Below are positions 33,542 through 45,517 of a stretch of DNA of 64,000 bases, in pieces. The notes beneath the pieces are model-generated. The model saw only the letters and a list, made by a program, of their open reading frames with translations, was not told the origin of the DNA and made no database searches. Origin of the DNA: Nemertoderma westbladi. Its lineage: Eukaryota > Animalia > Xenacoelomorpha. Where the stretch lies: positions 62,001 to 126,000 of the forward strand of contig JAUCBJ010003734.1 in NCBI GenBank assembly GCA_032718475.1. The letters run 5' to 3'. Position 1 is the first letter of the stretch. Each line of letters opens with the position of its first letter. The position numbers and the translations under genes were made by a program.

Positions 33542-36500
33542 ATGGCTGACACAAAGCAAAATCTGTCAGATAGTCTCCTAGAAATGACAATCTGTGATTT
33601 AGATAGGAGAGCGGAACGTGTGAGACCAAAGTTCAAGTCCCCTCCTACTGTAAGAAAGGTCATCCCTGCAGTAGTAGTATCCGACCCTAGGCTAGTCAAA
33701 TACCGTAGGTCTATCATAGGCACTCGGGCTCAAGTCAAGTGGGACCAAGAGACAGCTGTTAAACAACAGCAACACCCGAGCCGAGAACTTATTTCTCAGC
33801 GGCCCGATAGCTCCAGTAGTTCAGATACTGTAGAGTTGACACCCGAGTGCGGAGGAAAGATGGCAGATGCAGTTTATTCGGATCCACTTCTCATTCTTCC
33901 TGAAGCCGTACTCACTAGAGTATTGATTGCGGTGGAGGAACATCAAATTGATTGGGCTAGAAGTAAGCGATCGACCAAGGACAGTTATGCGGGATACACG
34001 AAGGAGGAACTGAAGTCTATTGTAGAGACGCAATGGAACTTCCCCGGACCCGGACTCCCGTTTAACTTATCGGAAGCTGCCTGGGAGGACTTATAAAGGA
34101 TGGGAGTGGTAAGGGACACTAGAGATCCAACTGTGTGGAAGAGGTCGGCAGCAGGATATGTACAGGGATTCTTCAGCACTTTGGAGTGATTAGAGGAACA
34201 ACTGTTTCAACAACCCCAAGGACCTCAAGAGCAGGGAGAGCTGCTATATCAAGTTCGAGAACGTATCCTAAGAATCAGACTAATCCTATCGGCCTTTGAG
34301 GAAGCTTCGAAAAGAAGCCAAGACACGTCGTTGCAAGTTGCCGTAAAGACTTGGTTCCAGCGGGTGGGTCTCAAAGTTCAAGGAACGGCCCAGTGGAAAA
34401 TTCAGCTGGCCGAGCGCTCAACCCACGGAGAATCAACAGACGCTACCTTTTCTCAAGTGGAAAGTGAAGCGACATTGGATAAACCTCAGAAGAAGGATGC
34501 TATTGACATCTATCTGTCGGACTATCAACGATTTCTAGGTGACGAAGAGTTGAGGAGACGGCTAGACAATTAGATTGGCTAGGTAAGTCTCATGAATATC
34601 AGAGTTCTATGGTTATTGGAGCCGTAGCATCTACTTTGCCAAAGGGTGGAGTAGGTACACGCTGGGACAAGAAAGTGTTATATATGATGGAACAACAACG
34701 AAGAGACCCTACCATGGCTGATCTCATGTCATTCTTAGATGGAGAGGTAAAATTACAGCTCCTAAAGCAGTCCAGAGAGAAGACACCGGAAAATAAGGTA
34801 AGTGAGAAATCCGTTTCTAGGAGAAAGGTAACACCAGTGTGTTATACAGACGACGGCGAAAGCCAGGCTTCTCAAGAGGAGGACAGCGGGAAAGACACTG
34901 AAAGATCTTACTATGTCAACAAAGCGCCTAAAGACGTAAGTAAATTTAAGTCTCGAACCAGTGACAGGAGAGAACATGTAACAAAAACTCCTCCTACGTC
35001 TCCTAAGAGAGTTCATGGAAGAAAGCCCGAGGAAAAAACGAGTGTGCACAACACTACCCAAGGAAAGTAAGTAACATCAAACCAAAATGTGCGTTGTGCG
35101 ATGGGCCCCACCGTTTAAGTGTGTGTGAGGAATTCTTAAAGAAATCCCTAAAAGATAGACGCGAAGTCATGTGGGATAAGCGGTTGTGTTATAATGCGGT
35201 TGTATAACACCAACGGCGAACCTGTTACTCCGACGCAAGGTGTGCGAAGTGCGGCGCGAAACATCATATCTTGTTGCACACCGAATTCGAAAGAAACAAC
35301 CCGAGTCAGGTAAGTGAGTCCGAACTACATGTCCAATTCAGTGATGTGAACGACACTGACCACAGTTCTGAGATGGAAGGATTCTACACGGATGAATTCT
35401 CCAACGAAAACGAATCCTGTTATCTAATAAACACCGCAGTGTATCGAGCACTTACGTATGAGACTGAAACTGATAGTGAGCTCCCCCTAACTATTCCTGA
35501 CCGACAACCATCTTGGAAAGCGCCAACTTCCAACGTAGGAATCCGAGAATTTCCCGTAGTGCAGTTGAGAGTCCACGGGTTAAAAAAGAGCTATATAGTG
35601 AACACCCTCCTTGACTCCGGGCGCACAGGAACATTCATCGACAAAGAACTAGCCGAAGACATCTTTGCTGGACAACCCAAGTTCCAAACTAAGTTGAACC
35701 TTTCAGGAATTATGCAGGTTTGGAAATCTACAGTAGCTACAGACTACTATGTAGACGCGTTGTCCACCCCCCAGGATGAACTAGGAGAACACAGTATAAG
35801 GTCAGTGAAAATGGTGGCGATAAAGAACTTCGCTACCAGCCAAGTGGAACCTTATAACTGGGATGAAGACGATTTCACCCAGCAGCATGAGATACCTAGA
35901 TTCAACACCGACTACCCAGGGGTACAAATACTCATCGGCCAAAATGCGCATGAGGTGCTTGAGACATTAGAGAAACGGCCTGCTCAACCGCAACCACTGC
36001 AAACCTATGCGGGAAGAACTAGAGTAGGTTGGTACTTTACTGGACCTTCCCGTAGAACTCTCATGGAAAGGCTACCTAAAGAACAAGTCTACCAGGTGAG
36101 TGAATGGGAAGAGGAAATCAGTGAGGGAGACGACACACCTGAGGGAACACCATACTCCTCAGATAATGACGATATTCATCAACTATTCGACGAGGAGAAT
36201 ACCATCGACCTCCTTACGGAAAATGAAACTTGGCAAAACCAAGTGAACCTGTGTCACCTCATCCATCCAGCGGGACAAGTCGATTACAATGACGAACTGA
36301 ATGAAGTTATAGATCGTTACAACGCGAAGACTCGCGATGAACATGCCGTACGATTCTTTACTCAAGAGGCTGTAGAGCCCAATTCATACGATAAGGCCCT
36401 ATCGGTAGAAGAGGAAAGAGCCAAGCAGATACAGGAAACGACTACACGTTTTCTTAAAGATCAAGGTAGGTATGAGATTGGTCTGCCTTTCCGACGGCGA

Positions 36501-39500
36501 GAACCCAATTTTATAAACAACCAACCCTTGGCGGAGAAGAGAATTGCGCAACTACATCGACGCCTTACGGCAAATGCTTCAGCTAAGGAGATGTACAAGA
36601 CCCAGTTGAAGAAATTCATTGACAAGGGATATGCGGAGCGAGTACCGGAAGAAACACCCATAACTGAGAGAACGTACTATTTAACACATCATTACGTTCC
36701 CAAACCTGGTAAACCCAACGAAGTCCGGGTAGTATTTGACGGCTCTGCCCTCTACATGGGCCAATCCCTTAACTCCGAGTTGTTGCCGGGACCCAACGTA
36801 CTCCAATTCTTGTTGGGAATACTCTTAAGATTACGACAATATTCGATCGCTTTCGCCTCTGATATAGAAGGCATGTTCTTACAAGTTAAGGCGCTGGATA
36901 GGGACTGGGACAGCCTACGATTTCTGTGGTGGCCTGAAGGAGACCTCAACCAGAAACCGGTGGAGTACTGGATGACCATCCAGGCTTTTGGGATCATCTC
37001 GAGCCCTTCAAACGCCTGCTCAGTAGTGTGCACCACTGCTGATGACAACTGGGATGCCTTCGCCAAAGAGGTTATCGACAACATCAAACGGGATATATAC
37101 ATGGACGACAATTTAAAGTCCCTCCCATCGGTGGAAGAAGCCATTGATGTCGCCAAAGGAACGGTAGAGTGCTTGAAAAGAGGTGGATTTCGATTAACTA
37201 AATTCACCAGTAACTCCCGTGAATTTCTGGAATCGATCCCGGTAGAAGACCGAGGAGTTAAAGATCTAGACCTTATCAAGGACTATCTTCCAGAAACCAA
37301 GGCGCTTGGTTTGAAATGGGACACGGAGAGAGATATCCTGTTTTTCCAGCTAAAACAGCGAGATAATCCAATTCGAACTAAACAGATTTGTCTAAGTATC
37401 CTGAGCACTTATTTCGATCCATTGGGATTTATTAGCCCAGTCATATTGATTGCTCGGAGTTTAGTACAACAAATGTGGCTTGAAAACCACTCGTGGGACG
37501 ATCCACTTAAGGGAGAACTATTAAAGAAGTGGATGAAATGGGAAGATTCTCTACCATCCATCGAGAATTTTACGATTTCCCGTTCTTATTTTGGTCACGT
37601 TCTCCCCACGTATTCCTATCAACTCCATGTGTTTGGAGACGCCAGCGACATGGGAATAGGTATAGTAGCCTACCTGAGGGTTGAAACTCCGGATGGAATT
37701 AAGGTCGCCTTGGTTACCTCTAAGGCCTTGATAAACAACAAGTTGAAAGTTCCTCGAGCGGAGTTAAAAGCGGCTCTATACGCTACAGCCATCGGCCGGA
37801 ATGTAACAGAACAGATCGACTATCCACTGGAGAAAACTGTCTATTGGACCGATGCTTTACTCGTGTTGGAGTATATAACCAATGAAGTCTGTCAGTTCAG
37901 CGTCTTCGTTACCAACAGAGTAGCCATTATACTTAGTCGCACGAAGATAGATCAATGGAGACATTGCCCTGGGACAATTAATCCAGCCGACATCGCCTCC
38001 AGGGGAGCAACTCCACAAGAACTGATAAATACTCCAGACTGGTTAGGTGGACCCGACGTCCTAAGCAAGGAAGAGGATGAATGGCCTCCTCATCTTACCA
38101 CAGCGGAGATTAGACAAGCTAAGGGAGCGGAGAAAGTCAAACCTAAAACCCGGGCAAAATCGAAGTTATTTAAACCCATGATAGATCTGTCTGTACTACA
38201 CATTTCCGGTGACGATGCTTTGGATCCAAAATCCCCCGCCACAAATAAGTCTGTTTTGGAAATCAGAGAGAGAGATTGGAAATCTGGAACACCAGATGTC
38301 TCGCAGGGACTCTCACCCCTCCTGCAGAGAGCGATACATCACTATAGCTCCTGGAATCGGCTTTGTAAGGCCGTTGCTTATTTAAAGCGATGTTTTCATC
38401 ATCACTACTCCAGGACGAAGATCGCTAGTGATACCGCTCCACTGACATCTGCGCAGGTCTATGTTGTTAAAGATATTCCCAAATACAAGATATCAGACAG
38501 ATTTCTGAAGGAGAGGATCAGTTACCAGGAGCATGAAGAAACCAATAAGCAGATACTGAGACTCCTGCAATGCTATGAGGATTCTGATAAGTATTTCCTG
38601 TTGTTGAGAAATCCACAGATGCGCTTAAGGGATCGTTTCTCTAGCACAATGATAGATGGGTTAATACGCGTTGGAGGAAGACTAACTAATGCTCCATTAT
38701 CCTTTGACACTAAGTTTCCCATACTCATTAGAAATCTTGAAATACAAATCAAGATGATTGTAGATGTTCACAGTAAACTTTATCATGCTGGTAGAGAACG
38801 AGTTCTTAGCGAAATTCGAACTCGCTATTATTTTTATAAACCCCGTAGAGCTCTGAACTAAGTTCTTAGGAACTGCATACCCTGTAGGAAAGCATTCAGT
38901 AGGCCTTTAACACAGCGAGAGGCAGAATTACCTAGGGAACGAGTAAGCTTCTATGAACCACCCTTCACAAATGCCGGTGTGGATTTATTTGGCCCTATTG
39001 AAGTATATCGTGCTAGGACTATAGTCAAGAGATGGTGTGTCATCTTTGTCTATATGACTTGTAGAGCTATCCATCTTGATATGGTGAACGATCTATCTAC
39101 CAACAGCTTCATACTGAGCTTATGCCGACAGATCGCTCGCTTTGGAACTAGTAACACGATGAGATCTGATAAGGGAACGAACTTCATTGGTGCCAACAAT
39201 GAAATCAAGGCTTACGTCAAGGATTGGAACCAAAGACAGGTAGACGATCAGCTAAGGGTAACAGCTTCTAGCTGGACCTTCAACGCCGCCAACGCCCCTT
39301 GGTGGGGAGGAAGTTGGGAGAGATTAATCAGGAGCGTGAAGACCGCATTTCACTTTATAGTGCCGTGCCGCGCGTATCTCACCGACGAACTTTTGCGGAC
39401 GTTAATGGAGGAAATCGCCGCCTATCTCAACGAGAGACCGCTTATGCCAGTCTCATCGAGTCCCGATTCTGTGGAAGCGCTAACACCCGCGCCCTTCCTA

Positions 39501-39980
39501 CTGAAGAAACCTGTAGCCATGCTCCCACGATCGGAAATCACGGACGGAGACGAATACTGCCGGCAAACTTGGCAACTTATGCAGTTGTTATCCCGTCGTT
39601 TCGCTGACCATTTCGAAAAACATTATCTGCCTACGCTACAACTTCGAACTAAGTGGTTTGCGCAGCAAGAAAACGTCAGCGCCGGAGACATGGTCCTTAT
39701 TGTGGAATCAGATCTTCCACGTAAGCGGTGGCAGACAGGTCGTATCATCGAGACTCATATCTCAGATGATGGTTTGGTGCGATCGGTAGAACTCGTCGTC
39801 ATGCGACGTAACTTTAAGAAACCTGGAATTGTGTTCGAAACACAACAACTCAATCGCCCAGTTGGTCGTTTATGTTTACTAGAAAGAGACAGAGAACTCT
39901 CCGGAAACTATGGAAGGCAAGATACTCTTCCCGCGACCACCTCCCTAATCCAACCAACATCCAGGGACTCCCCAACGTAA
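33542..39980 (+). pseudogene. gag-pol: BEL/Pao element C gag-pol, decayed (stops and frameshifts in gag, stop at 38859-38861)
   Basis: CALCDGPHRLSVC and CAKCGAKHHILLH knuckles, protease LDSG, RT YLTHH/DIEGMFLQV/YMDD, RNase H FGDAS/PRAEL/WTDA, integrase DLFGP/SDKGTNF/WERLIRSVK. Confidence 0.95.
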
Positions 39981-42327
39981 CAGCGTCTGGAGTGGGTGTG
40001 TGACTATATTATTTTATATATTTTTATTATTTTATATTTATGTATGTGATATTATGTACTTTTATTATAATCGTTTTCTTTAATTTTATTTAGTAGAATG
40101 TTATTTAGCGATTATCTAGTAGATTAGTGCAATATATTAGTCTTATTACTTAATTACTTATATTATATATATTTAGTGCGACGGCGAGAAATAATTCTTT
40201 TTCTCTTTCCTTACTGTCCGTATCATATTATAAATACGTGACTACAGTAAGATGAAATATCCGTACTTATTAAAGTACAATAAAGCTCCTACTATACTCA
40301 AGTATTATTGGTAAGTAGAGTATTAGGAATGCAAAGTTCAGATCCTCGTGTCTCGGCTAAACCAAGCTCTGGGTAGACCTTGGAAACGACTTGCCTCTTC
40401 ACACTGACATTGCTTCGTGCGATATTGCTCTCATACCGTATATTAAATAATACATATAGTAGCGTGATGTCCCTTTAACAGTAGCGTATAACGCAAAATA
40501 AATCTGTTAAACCCTTTGACCATCTGTAATTCTAGTCGATTAAGATATCGCGGCACCCACCGATATACTTGAAAGACAAATTCTAGAATCAGTGGTTAAC
40601 GTCCCCAGACAAGTTCTGGAATAAATCGGTGCCCATCTCAAATATTAATTAATTAATATTTGCAAAATCTAATAAATCAAAATCTGTAAAATTCAGATCC
40701 TTCAATAATTCTAGTCAATTAAGATATCGTAGTATTTACCGATATTCTTAAAAAGACAATTGTCATAGAATTAAGGATCTTGTGTCCCCAGACATTTTCT
40801 GGAATCCAAATATGTCCATTTAATTATCAAATAATAAAATTTCAGGGAATTAATTTAAATTCATGCCTTTTAATGAATTTAATAAATTGCCATTTTTACG
40901 CAATTTATAAAGTTCCCAAAATTCCATTAATTAATAGACCAAGGGAGCGGAGATTTATCTTAGCATGCGTATGAGTGTGTGAAAGTCTCCCAAACATAGT
41001 CAATAGCCGATAAAATTCATAAAGTCATGTATAAAACAGAACATTGACTATTAAAGAATTACTATTAAATAACATCCCAGATCTGTATGCATTGGAATCA
41101 CCCTAATTCTACCGCTAGCTTTGCATAATGTCACCATAGCAACAACCACGCTAGAATTAGAATTGAGTTAAAAGAACAATAGAAAGCTTGTCCCATTGAA
41201 TAGCATAGGGAATAAATAGTGCACTGCTAGTATCCAAGGATACATAATAATACAGTGACATTCTGGAAGGCATTGACTAACGGACAAATGGCCCGAATGT
41301 GTGTAATTTGTGACAAGTTGTGTGTGGTATTTGTGAGTTTATAGGTGAATGTTACTGCTAAGGTGTGTTTACAGTAGCCAGTCGCAATCGTAAAGTAACC
41401 TAACTCTCCAAGGAATACCTGAAGTACATCTAAGCCTTTGGGACGGACAGTTGAGTGACTTGTGCCGGTTGTCGTTGTCGTTGTGCGGCTACGTCGTTGG
41501 CGAAAGTACAGCGGCTACGACACATCGGCGCTGAGGATCTCGTACTGTCCGGGGTTGATTGGGGTAGGCAGCGACGCCCGCTCGCCTAAATATAAACTCA
41601 TTATAATGTGGATAAACTCATATATAGCAGATATGACGGAGTTGATAGAAGATGGTCTTGTCATCCTATCGATTTACACAATACGGACTATGTCGACTAT
41701 ATATCCTGCCCAGCGGAGTCGGAACAATAAACGGAAATTCAAATGCGAAAATTCTATTCGAAATCGACTCGAAAGAAAAGACACTTAAGAAACAAATGGA
41801 CGCGGTAACTCCAACGTATATTTGGAATTCTTGATAGAAGCATTGTAACAACAAATAAATATCACCCGCTTTTACCCTACCAGACGTGCGTCTTTGGTAT
41901 TATGACGATAAATGCCCTAGACCCAACGAATAAACGGAAAGACATAAACATCCACGTAAACCGAAACTTGTTGACGTATCACCTATGCTCACTCGGCTCG
42001 AACGATCCTGGAGTAAACCTACGATCAGAGTCCCGGAATACTCGGTCAAACCTCCTCATTCCTTAGTTGGACCTCAGACCTGCGATCCTGGTGGTGTCGC
42101 GGATCCTCGTGGACTGTATTCACTGTTCAAAGATCTAGTGCTACCCTAACAATTAATCGGTAACACTCCGACAGTGATTTCTAGCTAGCCGCCCATCTTA
42201 CCTAGCCGGATTGTGATGCGGACACCTAATATCACTATCCTACCGTATGGTCGTCCCCGTTTAACGCGATACAACCCTTCATCAAGGTGAAGGAGAGTTT
42301 TGTACGAAACGAGTTAAACGTGATTCT

Positions 42328-43058
42328 ATACTTACACTTACACAACATTACATTAATGAGGTAAACTTACAGTATTTACAACCTACAATATTGTGGCAAA
42401 CGTACACTTACACAACCTTACATCGATGAGGTAAACTTACACATACACAACCTACATTATTGTGGCAAATGTAAACTTACCCAAACGCAACCTACATTAT
42501 TGTGGCAAACTTACACTTACACAACCTTACATTATTGAGGAATACTTACACTTACACAACATTACATTAATGAGGTAAACTTACAGTATTTACAACCTAC
42601 AATATTGTGGTAAACGTACACTTACACAACCTTACATTGATGAGGTAAACTTACACATACAGAACTTACATTATTGTGGCAAATGTAAACTTACCCAAAC
42701 GCAACCTACATTATTGTGGCAAACTTACACTTACACAACCTTACATTATTGAGGAAAACTTATACTTACACAAAAAAAGCAAACAGTCGGCCGAAGCCGG
42801 AGGCGACCCGAAGGCTCCCCTTTCGATAGCTGCTACCCGAGGGTAGGGGTGGGCGCTACTCCTATCCCAAGATTTGCTCCCAGTTATTTAACTGGTACTC
42901 ATTTTATCGACCCCAGTGGATGAAAGGCTGAGTGGACCCTGGCGGGGCTGAACCTACAACCAATAGATTGTAGGCCCGGCGCTCAACCAACTGAGCTACC
43001 CCACCCATTATACTTACACAACATTACATTAATGAGGTAAACTTTCAGTATTTACAAC
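42328..43058 (+). repeat. 34-35-bp satellite block, interrupted by a SINE
   Basis: Same monomer as 28270-29875. Confidence 0.9.
42774..43006 (-). mobile_element. tRNA-derived SINE with Nin/Deu-like core
   Basis: Sense head with A box TAGCTCAGTTGG and B-box-like GGTTCAGCCCC, then core CACTCAGCCTTTCATCC...GGTCGATAAAATGAGTACCAG. TSD TTATACTTACACAA at 42760-42773 and 43008-43021. Confidence 0.85.
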
Positions 43059-45517
43059 TGTAAAGGCTTTTGCGGATATAACCAGTCATTTTTTCTCCGC
43101 AATGAACTGTTTAGTTGTTTTAGCGGACATAACAAGCCATTTTTCCCGCAAAGTACTGTGTAGGTGTTTTAGCGGACATAAAAAGCCATTTTTTCTGTAT
43201 GTGTACTTTAGCGGACATAACAAGCCATTTTATGCCGCAATACGCCAAATACTCTTAACACAGTGTAATTCAGATGACGAAATCTATCAGCTGATTTAAT
43301 GTCGATGTGGAGCTTTCTTAACTCTCTTTGTTCGGCTCACTCGACCAATCAGAGCGATTTTCATTTTATTTGCACAGAAGCCTACGGGAAATCACGCAAT
43401 GCATGACGATTTTTGTTTACCTTTTCCTGAGCCCCAGAACATCGGCTTTGGAATTATTCTGAGATTCAGACTTTAGCCAAACATTAGAACGGCTTTGATT
43501 ATAGGAACGTATAACTGTTAACACGGTACAGTCCAGTCAACTCAATGCATTACGTACTACCCAACTTTCACCGCATTATTTTACTTCTGTTTACTGTCGG
43601 TTATTAATTGTTATAAGTTGATGGATATGTTGTTATATTTGGAGAATATCGATAAATAATCATAAAACCCCAATCTTCTTGATATACTGAAGGTAAGAGG
43701 GACCAGTTACCTGTAGCAACTGCGACTTACATTATAGTGGTTTTGGAGTGAATTGAATGCTATTTCATAATCCCTACATGTGTCAGTTGCTATTCTCCTT
43801 ATATATGATCTAAATTTAGTGAAGGTCGGCAGATCAGTGTGCAGCAGTGTGCGGTAGTGTGCATGAGTGTGACAGATAACAAAGCATTTCCTAAAGAATT
43901 GCGCTTTATACGAAAATCATTAGCCATCCCGTTGTGTTTAGTGTAAGTCATAACTCTGTTTACATACTTAGAGCGCCACGTCCTAAAGGAACTGTTAATA
44001 TTTCCCGAAAGTGAATAATATTTGTCAGAGATATTATAGTAACGAGCAATCGAACAATACAGTAAGTCTACACCGCAATAAGGTCAGAGCATCCGAATCC
44101 AGTCTCCCTTAACCGTGGGTGAATGGTCGCGCATAGACTGGCTTCGGCTAATGTAACTTTATGTGCACCAAATACTTGTTATAGGCTAAAGTCGATTTAG
44201 AAACTAGAAGACACCTAAAATTGGCAGGTTAAACTGCTAAAGGTCTAAAAGCGCGAACAATAACAGTTATTTTAGTTTCTTTATTGCAACGTAGGCAATA
44301 AAGTCGAAAGTACTGGTCGACCGGTAACCTGTAGGCCTAACTGCCTAACCACCCGAACCGGTACTTACAGCAGTACAGGTACTAGTATTATTTCGATTGT
44401 GATATTGTATATTGGTAGGCTGTTTAAGAGATTAGGGACTGTACATCCCTTGTTTCTTTTGGAGCTTATTTATTTCTGTCAGTTTTATTTATCTGTAAGT
44501 TAATATTGAGCAGAAGGCGTGTAAGCCTGCTCAGATTGTACAAGTAATTTGTAGGCTGGATTGTTGTCTGGCTGTTGTCAGGTCCAAAGAGATTGCAGTG
44601 TGTGTAGAGTGTATGTCCGATAAAATACTAGTTAGGAAGCTGGGGGCATCCAGTGTTGTAAGGTAAATCCCCTCCGAAAGAATAAGTCGTACTACTCGGT
44701 TAGAACGCATACTAACTAACCATTTCGGAGTCTGCATATACTGTAGTTTATTTAGGCTTGATAGTAGTCTGTCAGCATTTGGTTTGTATGTTGTTTGTGT
44801 AGTCTGTACGGGTAGCGTAATATTTATTATTCAGAGTTTATGCGATTATTCGCAACATACACAACCCCAAGTTTATTCCTACAGTAATTGTGCTTGTTAT
44901 ACATACCGTTATAGTTAAATTAACCCCGGTACTACATCAGGGCTGTTTGGCGTAGGTAAAGACTGGTGATTTTATGCTCTAGTCACTCCAGCAGATACCG
45001 TGGTTCTTTTAGCTGTACAAGTATTTTTAACTGCTGGTTATTTGTTGTATAAGTACTTGTACCTAATTTAGGCTTTAGTGTACAGTGCTTTCCGAAGGTA
45101 ATTAGTGTGTGGGCAGTATATTTGTGTTGTAAAGTGGTTAATAGGCACGTTAGCTATGGTTGGCTGCGGTAATTAACTTCTAGGTAGGGACATTCCGGGT
45201 ACATAACGTAGTACTTATAGAGCTGTAAAGCTAGAGACTATAAGTCGTCAGACGGTGGTATTTTCTTATCTAGACAAGGCAATATATTTACTACTGCTTT
45301 ATTATTTTCAAATACCGTAGTTTCCTGTCCGTTTGTAATAACCAGAAATTCTAACCCTTGTTAGACTGGTTTGTAGATTTCCTGTAAAATTACCCTAAAA
45401 TTTGTACGTGTAATTTTTTTGTGTTTATTTAGAGATTGTAATCTCACCCGTAATTGTACGTAATTTTGGAGGTTAAAATTGGCAGGTTAAACTGCTAAAG
45501 GTCTAAAAGCGCGAACA
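43059..45517 (+). mobile_element. Element D: internally deleted LTR element (5' LTR 43059-44259, 5' UTR, last 44 bp of the 3' LTR); duplicate of element C
   Basis: Starts TGT and ends AACA; TSD ACAAC at 43054-43058 and 45518-45522 inside a satellite monomer. 45474-45517 repeats 44216-44259. Confidence 0.85.

Noticed and set aside
42935-43006. tRNA genes here, at ~47085-47155 and at ~58490-58560
   Set aside because: No proper acceptor stem. The first two are SINE heads fused to a Nin/Deu-like core, with different anticodon-position triplets; the third is degenerate.
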